A stretch of DNA of 64,000 nucleotides from Rhodocyclaceae bacterium (GTDB lineage: Bacteria; Pseudomonadota; Gammaproteobacteria; Burkholderiales; Rhodocyclaceae): NCBI GenBank assembly GCA_011391215.1, contig JAABQX010000016.1, positions 12,201-76,200 of the forward strand, given 5' to 3'. Positions within the stretch are counted from its first letter, which is position 1, and every line of letters begins with the position of its first letter. Below, one piece after another: positions 38,053 to 48,707 of the stretch. Under the pieces are notes generated by a model, which made no database searches, was not told the origin of the DNA, and was given only the letters and a program-made list of their open reading frames with translations. Made by a program: the position numbers and the translations under genes.

Positions 38053-39030
38053 ATGAACGCACCCAGCCCCACAGACAAACCGCAGCAAAAACTCGAGCAC
38101 TTTCCGATTTCCTTTTTCGCCACCGTGATGGGTACTTCCGGCCTCGCCATCGCCTGGAAAAAGGCCCATCACGTCCTCGGCATGCCGGTGGAAATCGGCA
38201 TCGCACTGCAATGGTGGGCGCTCGGACTGTTCGCTGCGCTATCGTTCGTCTATCTGGCGAAGATCGTCAAACATTGGGGTGCGGTCAAGCACGAATTCGC
38301 CCATCCGGTCCGCCTCAACTTCTTTCCGGCTTCATCGATTTCCCTGCTGCTGCTCGCGGTGGCCTTTACCGAGACCCTGCCCGGCTTCGCCTTTGCCTTC
38401 TGGTCAATCGGCGCCGCATTGCATCTGGGCTTCACGCTCACGGTCATGAGCAGCTGGATCCACCACACCCGCTACGACATCAAACACGCCAGCCCGGCCT
38501 GGTTCATTCCCGTGGTCGGCAACATCATCGTGCCGGTAGCCGGCGTCAGCTTCGCCCCGGCCGAAATTTCCTGGTTCTTCTTCAGCATCGGCCTGGTCTT
38601 CTGGCTGGTATTGATGACCATCGTCATGTACCGGCTGTTCTTCCATGAGCCGTTGCCCGAGCGCCTGACACCGACGCTGTTCATCCTCATTGCGCCGCCG
38701 GCCGTCGGCTTCATTGCCTGGGTGAAGCTCAATGGCGGCGAAATCGACGCCTTCGCGCGCATCCTCTACCATGTCGCGCTCTTCCTCACCCTGCTGCTAG
38801 CGAGCAACGCGCTACGCTTCTTCCGCGTCCGCTTTTTCCTGTCGGCCTGGGCCTACTCCTTCCCGCTCGCCGCCATCACCATCGCCACGCTTGTCATGGC
38901 CGAAAAAGGTGGTGGCCTCTTCGTACCCTTGTCATGGCTGTTGATGACGGTATTGACCATCGTGCTGACGATGCTGACGGTGCGCACCGCGCAAGGCATC
39001 GCGCGCGGCGAAATCTGCGTGCCGGAATAA
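38053..39030 (+). CDS. SLAC1/TDT (TehA-like) anion channel
   Basis: FFATVMGTSGL, HPVRLNFF, PAWFIPVVGN, WAYSFPLAA; ~10 TM. Confidence 0.9.
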   Translation: MNAPSPTDKPQQKLEHFPISFFATVMGTSGLAIAWKKAHHVLGMPVEIGIALQWWALGLFAALSFVYLAKIVKHWGAVKHEFAHPVRLNFFPASSISLLLLAVAFTETLPGFAFAFWSIGAALHLGFTLTVMSSWIHHTRYDIKHASPAWFIPVVGNIIVPVAGVSFAPAEISWFFFSIGLVFWLVLMTIVMYRLFFHEPLPERLTPTLFILIAPPAVGFIAWVKLNGGEIDAFARILYHVALFLTLLLASNALRFFRVRFFLSAWAYSFPLAAITIATLVMAEKGGGLFVPLSWLLMTVLTIVLTMLTVRTAQGIARGEICVPE

Positions 39031-39032
39031 GC

Positions 39033-39056
39033 GCCGTCCCGCCAGTGCCGACTTTT
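39033..39056 (+). repeat. Dispersed 24-bp motif copy between convergent genes (weak second copy at 39061-39083)
   Basis: gccgtcccgccagtgccgactttt. Confidence 0.88.
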
Positions 39057-39082
39057 GGCGGCGCTCCACACCAACCGACTTT

Positions 39083-40360
39083 CTACGCGAGCATCCGCAC
39101 TATGCGTTGCGGGTAGGGAATCTCGATCCCTTCCGCCTTGAATGATTTCCAGATCGCCATCAGGATGTCCGACTTGATCTGCATCGAACCATCTTCGGGG
39201 TCAGCGATCCAGAAACCGGTCTCCAGGTTGATGCCTGACTCGGCAAAGGCGATCACAAAACTCTTGGGCGGCGGATCGGCCAGCACACGTGCTTGGACGC
39301 GCGCCGCATCCACGAGGATCGCCAACGCCCGCTCCAGATCGGTACCGTAGGCTACCTGCACCTGCACGGCGAGCCGCACCCGTGGATCGCTGAGGGTTTC
39401 GTTGGTGATCACCGAACCCACCAGAATTTCGTTGGGCACGATGGACTCGACGCCCGACTGTTCGCGCAGCAGGGTATAGCGCGTGGTAATGCGCGTGACA
39501 ACGCCGCGCTTTGCCTGGACCTCGATGAGATTGCCGATGCGAATGGAGCGGTCGAGCAGGATGATGAAGCCGGAAACGTAGTTCGCCGCGATCTTCTGTA
39601 ATCCAAAGCCGAGGCCGACGCCAAGTGCGCCACCAAAGACCGAGAGTGTCGTGAGATCGATGCCGACGAGCGGCAGTCCGATCAATACCGCCAGCAGGAT
39701 CAGCAGCACACGCGTCAAGCGCGAGAGCACCAGACGCAGGTTGGCGTCCATCCCTTGCGCGTTCATCAGCCGCACTTCGACGGCAGTGCCGAGCCACAGG
39801 GCCACCAGCACTGTGACGAATACCGCCCCGATGCCTTGCAGGATCAGCCAGAGGTTGAGCTTTTCCTTGCCATGGGTAAACTTGACCTGCTCGAGGAGAT
39901 CGATCAGTTCGGGCAGCAGGCCGAGGAGGTAAAGCGCGACCAGGCTCCACACCAGCAGCGCCAGCGTCCGTTCGAAACTGGCCAGCCACGGCGCGCTGGC
40001 AGAGAAACTCTGGCGCACCACCAGCATCACGGCGCGGATCACCGCCAACGAACTCAGCAAGGGGATGGCGAGCGACAGCAGATTGACATGATGCCAATGC
40101 GCCAGCAGGGGTCGGGCGGCCAGAACGAGTACCAGCATCACCACCGGCAGCCCGAGCCGCCGCAGCCCGCGTTTGCCGAAAGCCCGGGCGCTGCTCTCCG
40201 TCACGGAGCGGGAAGAAAAATGCTTGCCGATAAAATGACTGGCCAGCCAGGCGAGACCAAAGCACAGGCCCAGCACGGCCATTTGCCACAGGACATCGGG
40301 CTGCTGCAAATCCTGCCAGAAATCGATCAACAGCCCTCCGAGCGGATTGCCGGTAGTCAT
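39083..40360 (-). CDS. MscS-family mechanosensitive channel
   Basis: GALGVGLGFGLQKIAANYVSGFIILLDR, IVPNE, GIEIPYPQR. Confidence 0.92.
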   Translation of the reverse strand: MTTGNPLGGLLIDFWQDLQQPDVLWQMAVLGLCFGLAWLASHFIGKHFSSRSVTESSARAFGKRGLRRLGLPVVMLVLVLAARPLLAHWHHVNLLSLAIPLLSSLAVIRAVMLVVRQSFSASAPWLASFERTLALLVWSLVALYLLGLLPELIDLLEQVKFTHGKEKLNLWLILQGIGAVFVTVLVALWLGTAVEVRLMNAQGMDANLRLVLSRLTRVLLILLAVLIGLPLVGIDLTTLSVFGGALGVGLGFGLQKIAANYVSGFIILLDRSIRIGNLIEVQAKRGVVTRITTRYTLLREQSGVESIVPNEILVGSVITNETLSDPRVRLAVQVQVAYGTDLERALAILVDAARVQARVLADPPPKSFVIAFAESGINLETGFWIADPEDGSMQIKSDILMAIWKSFKAEGIEIPYPQRIVRMLA

Positions 40361-40908
40361 TCCGCTTCCGCCGCATCGTAAGGCAACGCCTCGTCGTGAT
40401 GGCGCTGCCAGTTTTTCAGGTAGGCGCGCGCAAGTTTCGGGTTGCCGCGCAGGATCAGCAAGTTCTCTGCATTGCGCGCCTGCGCCGCAAAACTGAAGTT
40501 GTAACTGCCGGTGATGACCACGGGATGTCTCCCCTCCACATCGATGATCAGGATTTTATTGTGCGCGGCGGCATAGCGGGTCTCCAGGCGCACAGGGATA
40601 CCGGCCTCGTGGAGTTTCGGTACCAGCGAGTTTTCATTTTTGACCATCATTTCGCGATCGGCCAGCAACGCCACCCCGACACCGCGCTCGTGGGCCGCTG
40701 TGATAGCCCGGGCAATATTGCGACTGGTGACAAGATAAGCCTGCACATGAAGGCTCTGGCGCGCATGGTCAATCTCGCGAATCAACGCACCCTCGGCATC
40801 ATCCCACGGCGAGAACAGCACCTCGACCGTGCCGCTGGCGGGCAATTCGGCGGCCAGCCCGGGCGCGGATGCCAGCGCCAGTGTGCAAATCAGCCACCCT
40901 CCCCTCAT
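40357..40908 (-). CDS. Phospholipase D-family (Nuc-like) secreted protein
   Basis: Signal peptide; single HKD motif HNKILIID..VITGSYNF..NAEN. Confidence 0.88.
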   Translation of the reverse strand: MRGGWLICTLALASAPGLAAELPASGTVEVLFSPWDDAEGALIREIDHARQSLHVQAYLVTSRNIARAITAAHERGVGVALLADREMMVKNENSLVPKLHEAGIPVRLETRYAAAHNKILIIDVEGRHPVVITGSYNFSFAAQARNAENLLILRGNPKLARAYLKNWQRHHDEALPYDAAEAE

Positions 40909-42170
40909 GCCGTACGTTCCAGCACGGCGGCGTAGAAGCCGTCGGTACCATACATGTGCGGGGCGAGTTGCAAGTCAGGGCCGGGCAAATCGAGCGCGAT
41001 ACCCTGCGCTGCCAAAATTTCACCAGCATTGCGGCGCTCGAACTGCGGATGTGCGGCGAGAAAGGCATCGACAATGCCGCCGTTTTCTTCGGGCAGGAAA
41101 CTGCACGTCGCATACACCAGCCGCCCGCCGGGTTTCAGCAATTTGGCAGCAGCAGCAAGGATGTTGGCCTGCTTCACCATCAGTTCGGCGACGCTTGCGG
41201 GCGTCTGTCGCCACTTGAGATCGGGATTGCGCCGCAGCGTACCCAGTCCGGAACAGGGCGCATCGACCAGCACGCGATCGCACTTGCCGGCCAGCCGCTT
41301 GATGCGCTGGTCGTTCTCGTGGGCGATGGCCGCCGGGTGCACATTCGAGAGACCGGAACGCGCCAGCCGCGGCTTGAGGCGGATCAGACGTTTTTCCGAA
41401 ACATCGAAGGCATACAAACGTCCCGTCGAACGCATCAACGCGCCCAACAACAAGGTCTTGCCACCCGCGCCGGCACAAAAATCGACAACCATCTCGCCGC
41501 GCTTGGGCGCCAGCAGATAACCGATCAACTGGCTGCCCTCATCCTGCACCTCGACGTCGCCGGAAAGGAACAGCGGATGCTTCGAGAGCGCCGGCCGACC
41601 CACCAGCCGGATGCCTTCGGGCGCCAGCGGACAGGCCGTCGCGCCATAACCTATTTTTTCCAGCTGCACCAGCACGTCGGCACGGTTCGCTTTCAGCACA
41701 TTGACGCGCAGGTCAAGCGGCGCGGGTTGATTCAGGGCCCGCGCGAACATCAGCAGATTCGCCTCTTCCGGGATCAGCGCGGTCAGCCGCTCCACCAGCC
41801 AGTCGGGCAGATCGGCCTGTTCGGCGAGGCTCAACGCGCGTTCCGGCTGCGCCTTGCGCTCCGCCAGCCACGCCGCGTCCTGTTTCGAAATCGCTCCCTC
41901 GATCGAACGATAGTTCAGACCGAACTCGCGCAGCAGCGCCGCCAGAACCAGTTGGCGCGGCGTGGCATCCGGACCGCACCAGGCGCCCAGCGAACGCTTT
42001 TTGCGCAGCACGGCATACGCCACTTCGGCGATGAAGGCCCGTTCGCGCGGACCCGATCGGTGCGTATTGAGAAACGATGAAAGCGCCATGTCGGCAGGCT
42101 GATTCAGCCGCAGAAGTTCGTGGGTGGCAGCGATGGCCTGGTCGAGGAGGATGCGGGTAAAGGGGCTCAT
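40905..42170 (-). CDS. RsmB/NOP-family RNA methyltransferase
   Basis: VQDEGSQ, DFCAGAGGKT, VLVDAPCSG, LVYATCS. Confidence 0.92.
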   Translation of the reverse strand: MSPFTRILLDQAIAATHELLRLNQPADMALSSFLNTHRSGPRERAFIAEVAYAVLRKKRSLGAWCGPDATPRQLVLAALLREFGLNYRSIEGAISKQDAAWLAERKAQPERALSLAEQADLPDWLVERLTALIPEEANLLMFARALNQPAPLDLRVNVLKANRADVLVQLEKIGYGATACPLAPEGIRLVGRPALSKHPLFLSGDVEVQDEGSQLIGYLLAPKRGEMVVDFCAGAGGKTLLLGALMRSTGRLYAFDVSEKRLIRLKPRLARSGLSNVHPAAIAHENDQRIKRLAGKCDRVLVDAPCSGLGTLRRNPDLKWRQTPASVAELMVKQANILAAAAKLLKPGGRLVYATCSFLPEENGGIVDAFLAAHPQFERRNAGEILAAQGIALDLPGPDLQLAPHMYGTDGFYAAVLERTA

Positions 42171-43156
42171 TCGGGTTTTTCCAGTGTGATCGTCGTGGCG
42201 ATCTGATCGAAAACTTCGCCTTTGCGGTCGCGGTGGCGAATCTTGAGGGGCAGGCGGGTCACGGTGTCGAGCCAGATTTCGGTGGAATCCTCGTTCAACC
42301 GGCCGGCAATCTTGAGGTGGCGCACCTCGCGCTCACCCAAAGGGGAGTCAAGCTTCAGCGTCTCGCCGACCACAACGACGAATTTTGACACTTTGCGCCC
42401 CGTCTTCACAGATATCGTGAATTCAGGCACATCGAACGAGGCCGCGCCCAGCTGGTAGAAAAGTGAAAGCAGATCCTGCGTCGGCAAGGTCGCGTCTTGC
42501 GGGGCATCGAAACGAAACTCGCTCTTCGGCTTGCCATCGCGCTCCGTCCTGAATTCCTGTGGCTGCAAGCCGTTTGCGGTAAACGCCCCGCGACTGGTCT
42601 GCGTGACCTGCACCGGCCGGAACAAAGCCGCCAGGCCGATCGTTTCGGCCACCGCATGCAGTTCGTAGCTCTGCTCATCATGCGTCCAGCGATGTTCGCC
42701 CTGCCCGACGATGAGGCCGCCATCGCCGCGCGTCACCTGAAAGACGATGCGGCCGTTTTTCGGCCAGAGATTGGCGTAAGCAAAAGTCGGCGCTGGCAGG
42801 ACGGCAGCAGCAGCCGGTTCAGGGGCCGCAGCTGAGGGTGAGGGTGATTCCGGGACGAATGCCGGCGCTGTTTCCGCTACCGGCATGGAATCTGTCACAG
42901 CAACGGGCATAGCCGGTGTCGCTGGCGGCGGTGGTCGCGGCTTGGGGACGGGCTTGGGGACGGGCTTGGGCAAAAGTTTGGGCGGCGCTTTGGGTTGCGT
43001 CTGCACCGGGACCACCAGCGTTGCGTCGAGCATTTCCTGAGGTTCCTCGTCCTCCAGCAGGGGCAGGCGCCAGCCCGGCACGGTCAGCACAGCCAGATGC
43101 AGCAGCAGCGAAAACCCCAGGGCCAGCCGGAACGGCCGGCGCACCGTGACATTCAT
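42167..43156 (-). CDS. DUF3108-domain protein with Pro-rich linker
   Basis: N-terminal TM SLLLHL, PKPVPKP repeats, QDLLSLFYQL, EIWL...LPLKIR; sits between purN and rsmB-like gene. Confidence 0.7.
   Translation of the reverse strand: MNVTVRRPFRLALGFSLLLHLAVLTVPGWRLPLLEDEEPQEMLDATLVVPVQTQPKAPPKLLPKPVPKPVPKPRPPPPATPAMPVAVTDSMPVAETAPAFVPESPSPSAAAPEPAAAAVLPAPTFAYANLWPKNGRIVFQVTRGDGGLIVGQGEHRWTHDEQSYELHAVAETIGLAALFRPVQVTQTSRGAFTANGLQPQEFRTERDGKPKSEFRFDAPQDATLPTQDLLSLFYQLGAASFDVPEFTISVKTGRKVSKFVVVVGETLKLDSPLGEREVRHLKIAGRLNEDSTEIWLDTVTRLPLKIRHRDRKGEVFDQIATTITLEKPE
42782..42805 (-). repeat. Dispersed 24-bp motif, consensus copy inside the DUF3108 gene
   Basis: aaaagtcggcgctggcaggacggc (AVLPAPTF). 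Confidence 0.9.
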
Positions 43157-43791
43157 TCGCGCGCCGGCACCCGCAAGGCCAGCGTCGCGGGCGTGGCATC
43201 CCCCGCCCAGACAACCCGGCCCGCTTTCAGCCGACAGCGGCCTTCGAGAATGCCGCGCGCCGCCTGCGGATAAATAATGTGCTCCTGCGCCAGCACGCGC
43301 GCCGCCAGCGCAGCGGCGCTATCGCCCGGCAGCACCGGCACCGCCGCCTGCACGATGATCGGCCCGCAATCCAGGGTTGGCGTGACGAAATGCACCGTGC
43401 AGCCATGCACGCGCACGCCGCTCTGCAACGCCGCCTCATGGGTATGCAGGCCGGGGAAAGCCGGCAGCAGGGAAGGATGAATATTTACGAGCCGTCCCGT
43501 GTAACGCTGCACAAATGGCTCGGTAAGCACGCGCATGAAACCCGCCAGGAAGATCAACTCGGCGCCGCTCTGTTCGATAGCCCTCGCCAGTGCAGTGTCG
43601 AACGCCTCGCGTGAGGCAAAACCCTTGTGATCGACGACGGCAGTGGGCACCCCCCGCTGCGCTGCCCAAGCCAGACCGGCGGCATCCGGACGATTGCTGA
43701 TGACGGCAGCACAACGGCCCGGCAGGCGGGCATCGATCAGCGCCTGCATGTTACTGCCGCGACCGGAGATGAGGATGGCGTAGTTTGACAT
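43153..43791 (-). CDS. purN: Phosphoribosylglycinamide formyltransferase
   Basis: LISGRGSN, LAGFMR, NIHPSLLP, HGCTVHFV. Confidence 0.96.
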   Translation of the reverse strand: MSNYAILISGRGSNMQALIDARLPGRCAAVISNRPDAAGLAWAAQRGVPTAVVDHKGFASREAFDTALARAIEQSGAELIFLAGFMRVLTEPFVQRYTGRLVNIHPSLLPAFPGLHTHEAALQSGVRVHGCTVHFVTPTLDCGPIIVQAAVPVLPGDSAAALAARVLAQEHIIYPQAARGILEGRCRLKAGRVVWAGDATPATLALRVPARE

Positions 43792-44477
43792 TAGATGGGC
43801 AGGAAAACGGCGTAGGCAATATTCTGGACGATCTTGACGACGGTACGATTCGTCTTGTCGGCGACGGTGGACGTCAGCAAATCGAGGTTGCCGATCAGGC
43901 GGCCGAACTCGCGTTCGAAGCTGAGATTCTGCAGCGGCGACATCTCGTTGGAAAACAGGATGGGCGCGCCCGCCGGAATATCCCCTTCGGGTTGCGTGCG
44001 GTGCGCATCCGCCAGCTTCCACGCGGCGATTTCGACATTGCGCGCGGCGTTGTAAAGTTTCTGTGCATCCAGGTCATCGAGGACAAAGAACTCGTTCTTG
44101 CCCTCGAATGCATCGTTAATCATCGTGTCCAGCCCGCCGATAAACGCGGCCACCCGGTCATGGGGGTAATCCTCACGCAATGCGGCAAGGATCGCGGCGG
44201 TACCGCGCAGCCCATCGGGTTCCGGCGGATAGGCAAACCTGGCCGGGTCGGCGAGCTTGGCCAAGGCCGCCGCCAGGCTGGCGTGGCGGCCTTTCTTCCA
44301 TTCGCGCGGGTTACGCTTGTAGAGTTTTTCGGCGAGGCGTAGCAGGCTGGCATTCACTTCGCGCCGGTGCAGGTCGGCGTTGCGGTCGATGTCGGTCTTG
44401 ACAAACTGCCCGGGGCTAGTCACGCAACCCGTCAGCGGCAATGTCAGCAACGCAAACAGGCAGGTACGACGCTTCAT
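43791..44477 (-). CDS. Hypothetical lipoprotein
   Basis: Lipobox LTGC; KLYKRNPREW, NLSFER; coupled with neighbours. Confidence 0.75.
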   Translation of the reverse strand: MKRRTCLFALLTLPLTGCVTSPGQFVKTDIDRNADLHRREVNASLLRLAEKLYKRNPREWKKGRHASLAAALAKLADPARFAYPPEPDGLRGTAAILAALREDYPHDRVAAFIGGLDTMINDAFEGKNEFFVLDDLDAQKLYNAARNVEIAAWKLADAHRTQPEGDIPAGAPILFSNEMSPLQNLSFEREFGRLIGNLDLLTSTVADKTNRTVVKIVQNIAYAVFLPI

Positions 44478-45154
44478 GGGTCATTACTGGCTGCACTTGC
44501 CACGTTGGCCCGGCGCTGACGCATCCAGCCGATCAGCATGGGCAGGACAGAAACCACAACGATGCCGATAATGAAGAACGAAAGATTGCTTTTGACAAAG
44601 GGCAGGTTGCCGAACCAGTACCCCGCCAGCGTCAGCGAAAACACCCAGAGGACGGCGCCCAAAAAATCGAAGACAAAATAGCGGGGGTAGGTCATGCGCG
44701 CCACGCCGGCAACGAAGGGGGCGAACGTGCGGACGAGCGGCACGAAGCGCGCCATCGTCATCGTCAGCGGGCCGTTGCGTTCGTAGAAGGCATGCGTCTT
44801 GTCGTAGGCGGCGCGATTGAAGAAGCGCGAACCTTCGCCCCAGCGCAGGATATGGCTACCCACCCAGCGCCCGATGCCGTAATTGACGTTGTCGCCCAGC
44901 ACGGCGGCACTAAGCAGGACGGCGATCAGCACGCGGATATCCATGCCGCCGCCGCCGATTCCTTCAGCCGCCAGTGCGCCGGCAACGAAGAGCAAGGAAT
45001 CGCCGGGAAGGAAGGGCGTCACGACAAGCCCCGTCTCGCAAAAAACGATGGCAAACAGGATCGCGTAGATCCACATGCCGTACTCGGCCACCAGCAACGC
45101 CAGATGCTTGTCGAGGTGGAGAATAATGTCGATGAATTGGGCAAGGAGTTCCAT
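44474..45154 (-). CDS. dedA: DedA family membrane protein
   Basis: FCETGLVVTPFLPGDSLLF, ARFVPLVRTFAPFVAG. Confidence 0.92.
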   Translation of the reverse strand: MELLAQFIDIILHLDKHLALLVAEYGMWIYAILFAIVFCETGLVVTPFLPGDSLLFVAGALAAEGIGGGGMDIRVLIAVLLSAAVLGDNVNYGIGRWVGSHILRWGEGSRFFNRAAYDKTHAFYERNGPLTMTMARFVPLVRTFAPFVAGVARMTYPRYFVFDFLGAVLWVFSLTLAGYWFGNLPFVKSNLSFFIIGIVVVSVLPMLIGWMRQRRANVASAASNDP

Positions 45155-45193
45155 GGCGGCGGAGTTTACCCCACCACTTATAATCCCGACCCC

Positions 45194-46966
45194 ATGCCGC
45201 GCATTCTTCCCCTTCCCGACCTCCTGATCAGCCAGATCGCCGCCGGCGAGGTCGTCGAGCGTCCGGCGTCCGTCCTCAAGGAGCTCATCGAAAACAGCCT
45301 GGATGCCGGCGCGACGAAAATCGACGTGCAGATCGAGGAAGGCGGCGTCAAGCTGATCCGCGTCGCCGACAACGGCAGCGGCATGCCGCGCGACGATCTG
45401 CCGCTGGCACTGGCGCGCCACGCCACCAGCAAGATCGCCACCCTGGACGATCTCGAGCGTGTTGCCAGCTACGGCTTTCGTGGCGAGGCGCTGGCCTCCA
45501 TCGCCGCCGTGGCGCGCGTTTCCATCACCAGTCGCACAGCCGATGCACCACATGCCTGGAAGCTCGATGCTGGAATGGCGGACAGCACGCCGGCAGCGCT
45601 GGCGGAGGGCACGGTGATCGTCGTCGCCGACCTCTACTTCAACACGCCGGCACGCCGCAAGTTCCTCAAAACCACCGGCACCGAATATGCCCATTGCGAC
45701 GACGTACTGACGCGCATGGCTCAGGCGCGACCGGATGTCAGCTTCACGCTGGCGCACAACGGCCAGGTCAAGCGCCGCCTGCTCGCGCCGTCCCGCGAGG
45801 GCCGTCCTGCTAGCGCCGACTTTTCGCGCCGCGCCCACGAGCTGCTCGGCGACGAGTTCCTCACTCATGCACGCAATGTCATGGCCGAGGCCGGCCCGCT
45901 CAGATTGTCCGGCTTCGCCGCCCTGCCCGCCTACGCCAAATCATCACGCACGGAGCAGTATTTCTACGTCAATGGCCGCTTCGTGCGCGACAAGCTGCTC
46001 GTGCATGCGGCGCGCGAGGCCTACGCCGACGTACTCCATGGCGCGCATCATCCGGCCTACGTGCTGTTCCTCGAACTCGATCCGGCGACGGTGGATGTCA
46101 ACGTGCATCCGGCCAAGACGGAGGTACGTTTTCGCGATGCGCGCGGCGTGCATCAGTTCGTCTTCCATGCCCTGCAGCGCACGCTGGCCGAGCCGCTGGC
46201 GGCTACACGCACTGAGACAAGTACCGTCCCGCCAGTGCCGACTTTTTCATGGCCACAGCAAAGCTTCGCCGTACGCGAACCCGATGCCACCGCCTATCTC
46301 GATTTTGCGCGGCAAGCCTTCTCTGCACCTGCCGTAACCCATGCGGGGCATTTCATCTCGCCGGCACCGACTTTTAGCTCGGGTGATGCCCCGCTCGGCT
46401 ACGCCCTCGCCCAACTCCACGGCATCTACATCCTGGCCCAGAACGCGCAAGGCCTGGTACTGGTAGACATGCATGCCGCGCACGAACGCATCCTCTACGA
46501 ACGGCTCAAGAACGCTGTCGATGCCCGCCCCTCGGTGCAGCCACTCCTTGTGCCCCTGCTGTTCTCGGCTAGCCCCGGCGAAATCGCCAGTGCCGAAAGC
46601 CATGCCGACACTCTGGCCGCGCTCGGTTTCGAAATTGCGCCCGCCGGCCCGCAGCAGCTTGCAGTGCGCGCCGTGCCCGCGCTGCTAGGCGGCGGCAATA
46701 TCGAGAACCTGGCGCGTGCTCTGCTCGCCGAGCTGGCCGACCACCCTGCCAGCCGCGTACTGGAAACCCATCGCAACGAACTACTCGGCACCATGGCCTG
46801 CCACGGCGCCGTGCGGGCGCACCGCAGCCTTAGCATTCCCGAGATGAACGCACTGTTACGCGACATGGAAACCACCGAACGCGCCGACCAATGCAACCAC
46901 GGCCGACCGACCTGGGTGCAGTTATCCATCACTGATCTGGATCGTTTGTTCCTGCGCGGCAGATGA
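45194..46966 (+). CDS. mutL: DNA mismatch repair endonuclease MutL
   Basis: [49 protein letters not shown]. Confidence 0.97.
   Translation: MPRILPLPDLLISQIAAGEVVERPASVLKELIENSLDAGATKIDVQIEEGGVKLIRVADNGSGMPRDDLPLALARHATSKIATLDDLERVASYGFRGEALASIAAVARVSITSRTADAPHAWKLDAGMADSTPAALAEGTVIVVADLYFNTPARRKFLKTTGTEYAHCDDVLTRMAQARPDVSFTLAHNGQVKRRLLAPSREGRPASADFSRRAHELLGDEFLTHARNVMAEAGPLRLSGFAALPAYAKSSRTEQYFYVNGRFVRDKLLVHAAREAYADVLHGAHHPAYVLFLELDPATVDVNVHPAKTEVRFRDARGVHQFVFHALQRTLAEPLAATRTETSTVPPVPTFSWPQQSFAVREPDATAYLDFARQAFSAPAVTHAGHFISPAPTFSSGDAPLGYALAQLHGIYILAQNAQGLVLVDMHAAHERILYERLKNAVDARPSVQPLLVPLLFSASPGEIASAESHADTLAALGFEIAPAGPQQLAVRAVPALLGGGNIENLARALLAELADHPASRVLETHRNELLGTMACHGAVRAHRSLSIPEMNALLRDMETTERADQCNHGRPTWVQLSITDLDRLFLRGR
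45801..45824 (+). repeat. Dispersed 24-bp motif copy in mutL
   Basis: gccgtcctgctagcgccgactttt (RPASADF); partial gccgtcccgc at 45787. Confidence 0.88.
46223..46246 (+). repeat. Dispersed 24-bp motif copy in the mutL linker
   Basis: accgtcccgccagtgccgactttt (TVPPVPTF). Confidence 0.85.
46352..46375 (+). repeat. Degenerate 24-bp motif copy in the mutL linker
   Basis: ttcatctcgccggcaccgactttt (FISPAPTF). Confidence 0.6.
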
Positions 46967-47946
46967 CCACAGCCTTACCTCCCGCGCTCTGCCTGATCGG
47001 CCCCACCGCCAGCGGCAAGACCGACCTGGCGCTCGCCATCGTGCAGCGCTTTCCCGTCGAAATCATCAGCCTCGACTCGGCGCAGGTGTTCATCGGCATG
47101 GATATCGGTACGGCCAAGCCGGACAGGGAAACCTTGGCGCGTTTTCCCCACCACCTCATCGACCTGATCACGCCGGAAGAGCGCTACTCGGCCGCCCAGT
47201 TTCGCACCGATGCGCTCAGGACAATGGCGGAGATCACCGCACGTGGAAAGACGCCACTGCTGGTCGGTGGCACCATGCTCTATTTCAAGGCGCTCATCGA
47301 AGGCCTCGCCGAGCTGCCGCCGGCCGACCCCGCCATGCGCGCGCTCATCGACGCCGAGGCTGCCGCCCGTGGCTGGCCGACTCTGCATGCCGAACTGGCG
47401 TTGCTCGACCCCGTGACGGCCGCACGGCTGGCGCCCACCGATGCCCAGCGTATCCAGCGTGCGCTTGAAGTGTTACGGCTCACTGGCAGCCCGCTCGGCG
47501 ACTTCTGGCAGCGCCAACCGGAGGCAGCGCTGCCTTACCAGATGCTGAACATCGCGCTCGCCGCGCCTGAAAGAAAACTCCTGCACGAGCGCATTGCGCA
47601 ACGCTTTCGCAGCATGCTCGCCACCGGATTGGTGGATGAAGTTGCGCATCTGCGCTTGAAATATCAACTTACCGCCGACCTGCCCGCCATGCGCTGTGTG
47701 GGCTACCGGCAAGTTTGGGAGATGTTGGAAGGCATGCTGCCAGCCGTCGAATTGGCCGATCGCGGCATCTTCGCCACCCGGCAATTCGCCAAGCGCCAAC
47801 TCACCTGGCTGCGCGCCTTGCGTGAATCCGGCGCAGTCGATATTGAATTTGATTTGGCGGAATCGGCGACTGCTGCGAAAATATTGCAATTGATTGACGC
47901 ACATCTGACCTCTACGCCACAGGCACAGCCAGAATCCCGGGCATGA
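46963..47946 (+). CDS. miaA: tRNA dimethylallyltransferase
   Basis: [38 protein letters not shown]. Confidence 0.97.
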   Translation: MTTALPPALCLIGPTASGKTDLALAIVQRFPVEIISLDSAQVFIGMDIGTAKPDRETLARFPHHLIDLITPEERYSAAQFRTDALRTMAEITARGKTPLLVGGTMLYFKALIEGLAELPPADPAMRALIDAEAAARGWPTLHAELALLDPVTAARLAPTDAQRIQRALEVLRLTGSPLGDFWQRQPEAALPYQMLNIALAAPERKLLHERIAQRFRSMLATGLVDEVAHLRLKYQLTADLPAMRCVGYRQVWEMLEGMLPAVELADRGIFATRQFAKRQLTWLRALRESGAVDIEFDLAESATAAKILQLIDAHLTSTPQAQPESRA

Positions 47947-48680
47947 CCAACCAGACCATCACCGCAGAAGAGTACGAGAAGTTCACTTCCACCAACCGGC
48001 GCGAGATCCTGTTTTACCTGCATCAACTGATTAACGACGGCGAGCGGATCAGTCTCGTCTTCAACGAAGGCCAGGACGCCCTGCTGACGGTGCTGCTCGA
48101 GGTGAACGATGACAGCAATCAATTGATTTTCGATTGGGGCGGCAGCGAAGAAACCAATCGCAAGTTGCTGCACAGCGAACGCAATTTCTTTGTCTGCGCA
48201 CCGCATGGCGTCGCCAACAAGTTCATGACCGGCAAGGTCCATCAAATCACTCACAAAAAACGTCCGGCCTTCACCACGCATATACCAGCGCAATACACGC
48301 GACTGCAGCGCCGCGAATTCTTTCGGCTGGTGTTGCCGATGACCCGGCGCCCGACTTGTACCCTGGCCATGGCAGACGGCGCGACCATGCAACTCTCCAT
48401 CATCGATATCAGTATCGGTGGCGTCGCGGCAGAGCTACCCGGTGGCAAGCTGCCGTTCGACATTGGCCGGACACTGCCGCACGCGCACATCGATCTCAAA
48501 GGTGTGGGCATGCTCGATGTCGATCTGGAAGTGCGCAACAGCTGCGAAGTACAACGCGGCGGCAAGGTTTCTGGCCGCATCGGCTGCCGCTTCGTCAAGC
48601 TCAGCCATGCGATGGAGAATCACCTCCAGCGCTTCATTACCGACGTGCAGCGCGAGGAACGCGCCCGGCTGGGCAGCTAA
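47943..48680 (+). CDS. ycgR: Flagellar brake protein (YcgR/PilZ)
   Basis: [15 protein letters not shown]. Confidence 0.8.
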   Translation: MTNQTITAEEYEKFTSTNRREILFYLHQLINDGERISLVFNEGQDALLTVLLEVNDDSNQLIFDWGGSEETNRKLLHSERNFFVCAPHGVANKFMTGKVHQITHKKRPAFTTHIPAQYTRLQRREFFRLVLPMTRRPTCTLAMADGATMQLSIIDISIGGVAAELPGGKLPFDIGRTLPHAHIDLKGVGMLDVDLEVRNSCEVQRGGKVSGRIGCRFVKLSHAMENHLQRFITDVQREERARLGS

Positions 48681-48704
48681 AAAAGTCGGCGCTGGCGGTA
48701 CGGC
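48681..48704 (-). repeat. Dispersed 24-bp motif copy filling the ycgR/purM convergent gap
   Basis: aaaagtcggcgctggcggtacggc. Confidence 0.9.
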
Positions 48705-48707
48705 GCT

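Noticed and set aside
42940-42970. 12-bp tandem repeat
   Set aside because: Ordinary Pro-Lys-Pro-Val linker coding
44441-45193. N-terminal extension of mutL (841-aa ORF)
   Set aside because: Antisense to dedA; MutL homology starts at 45194
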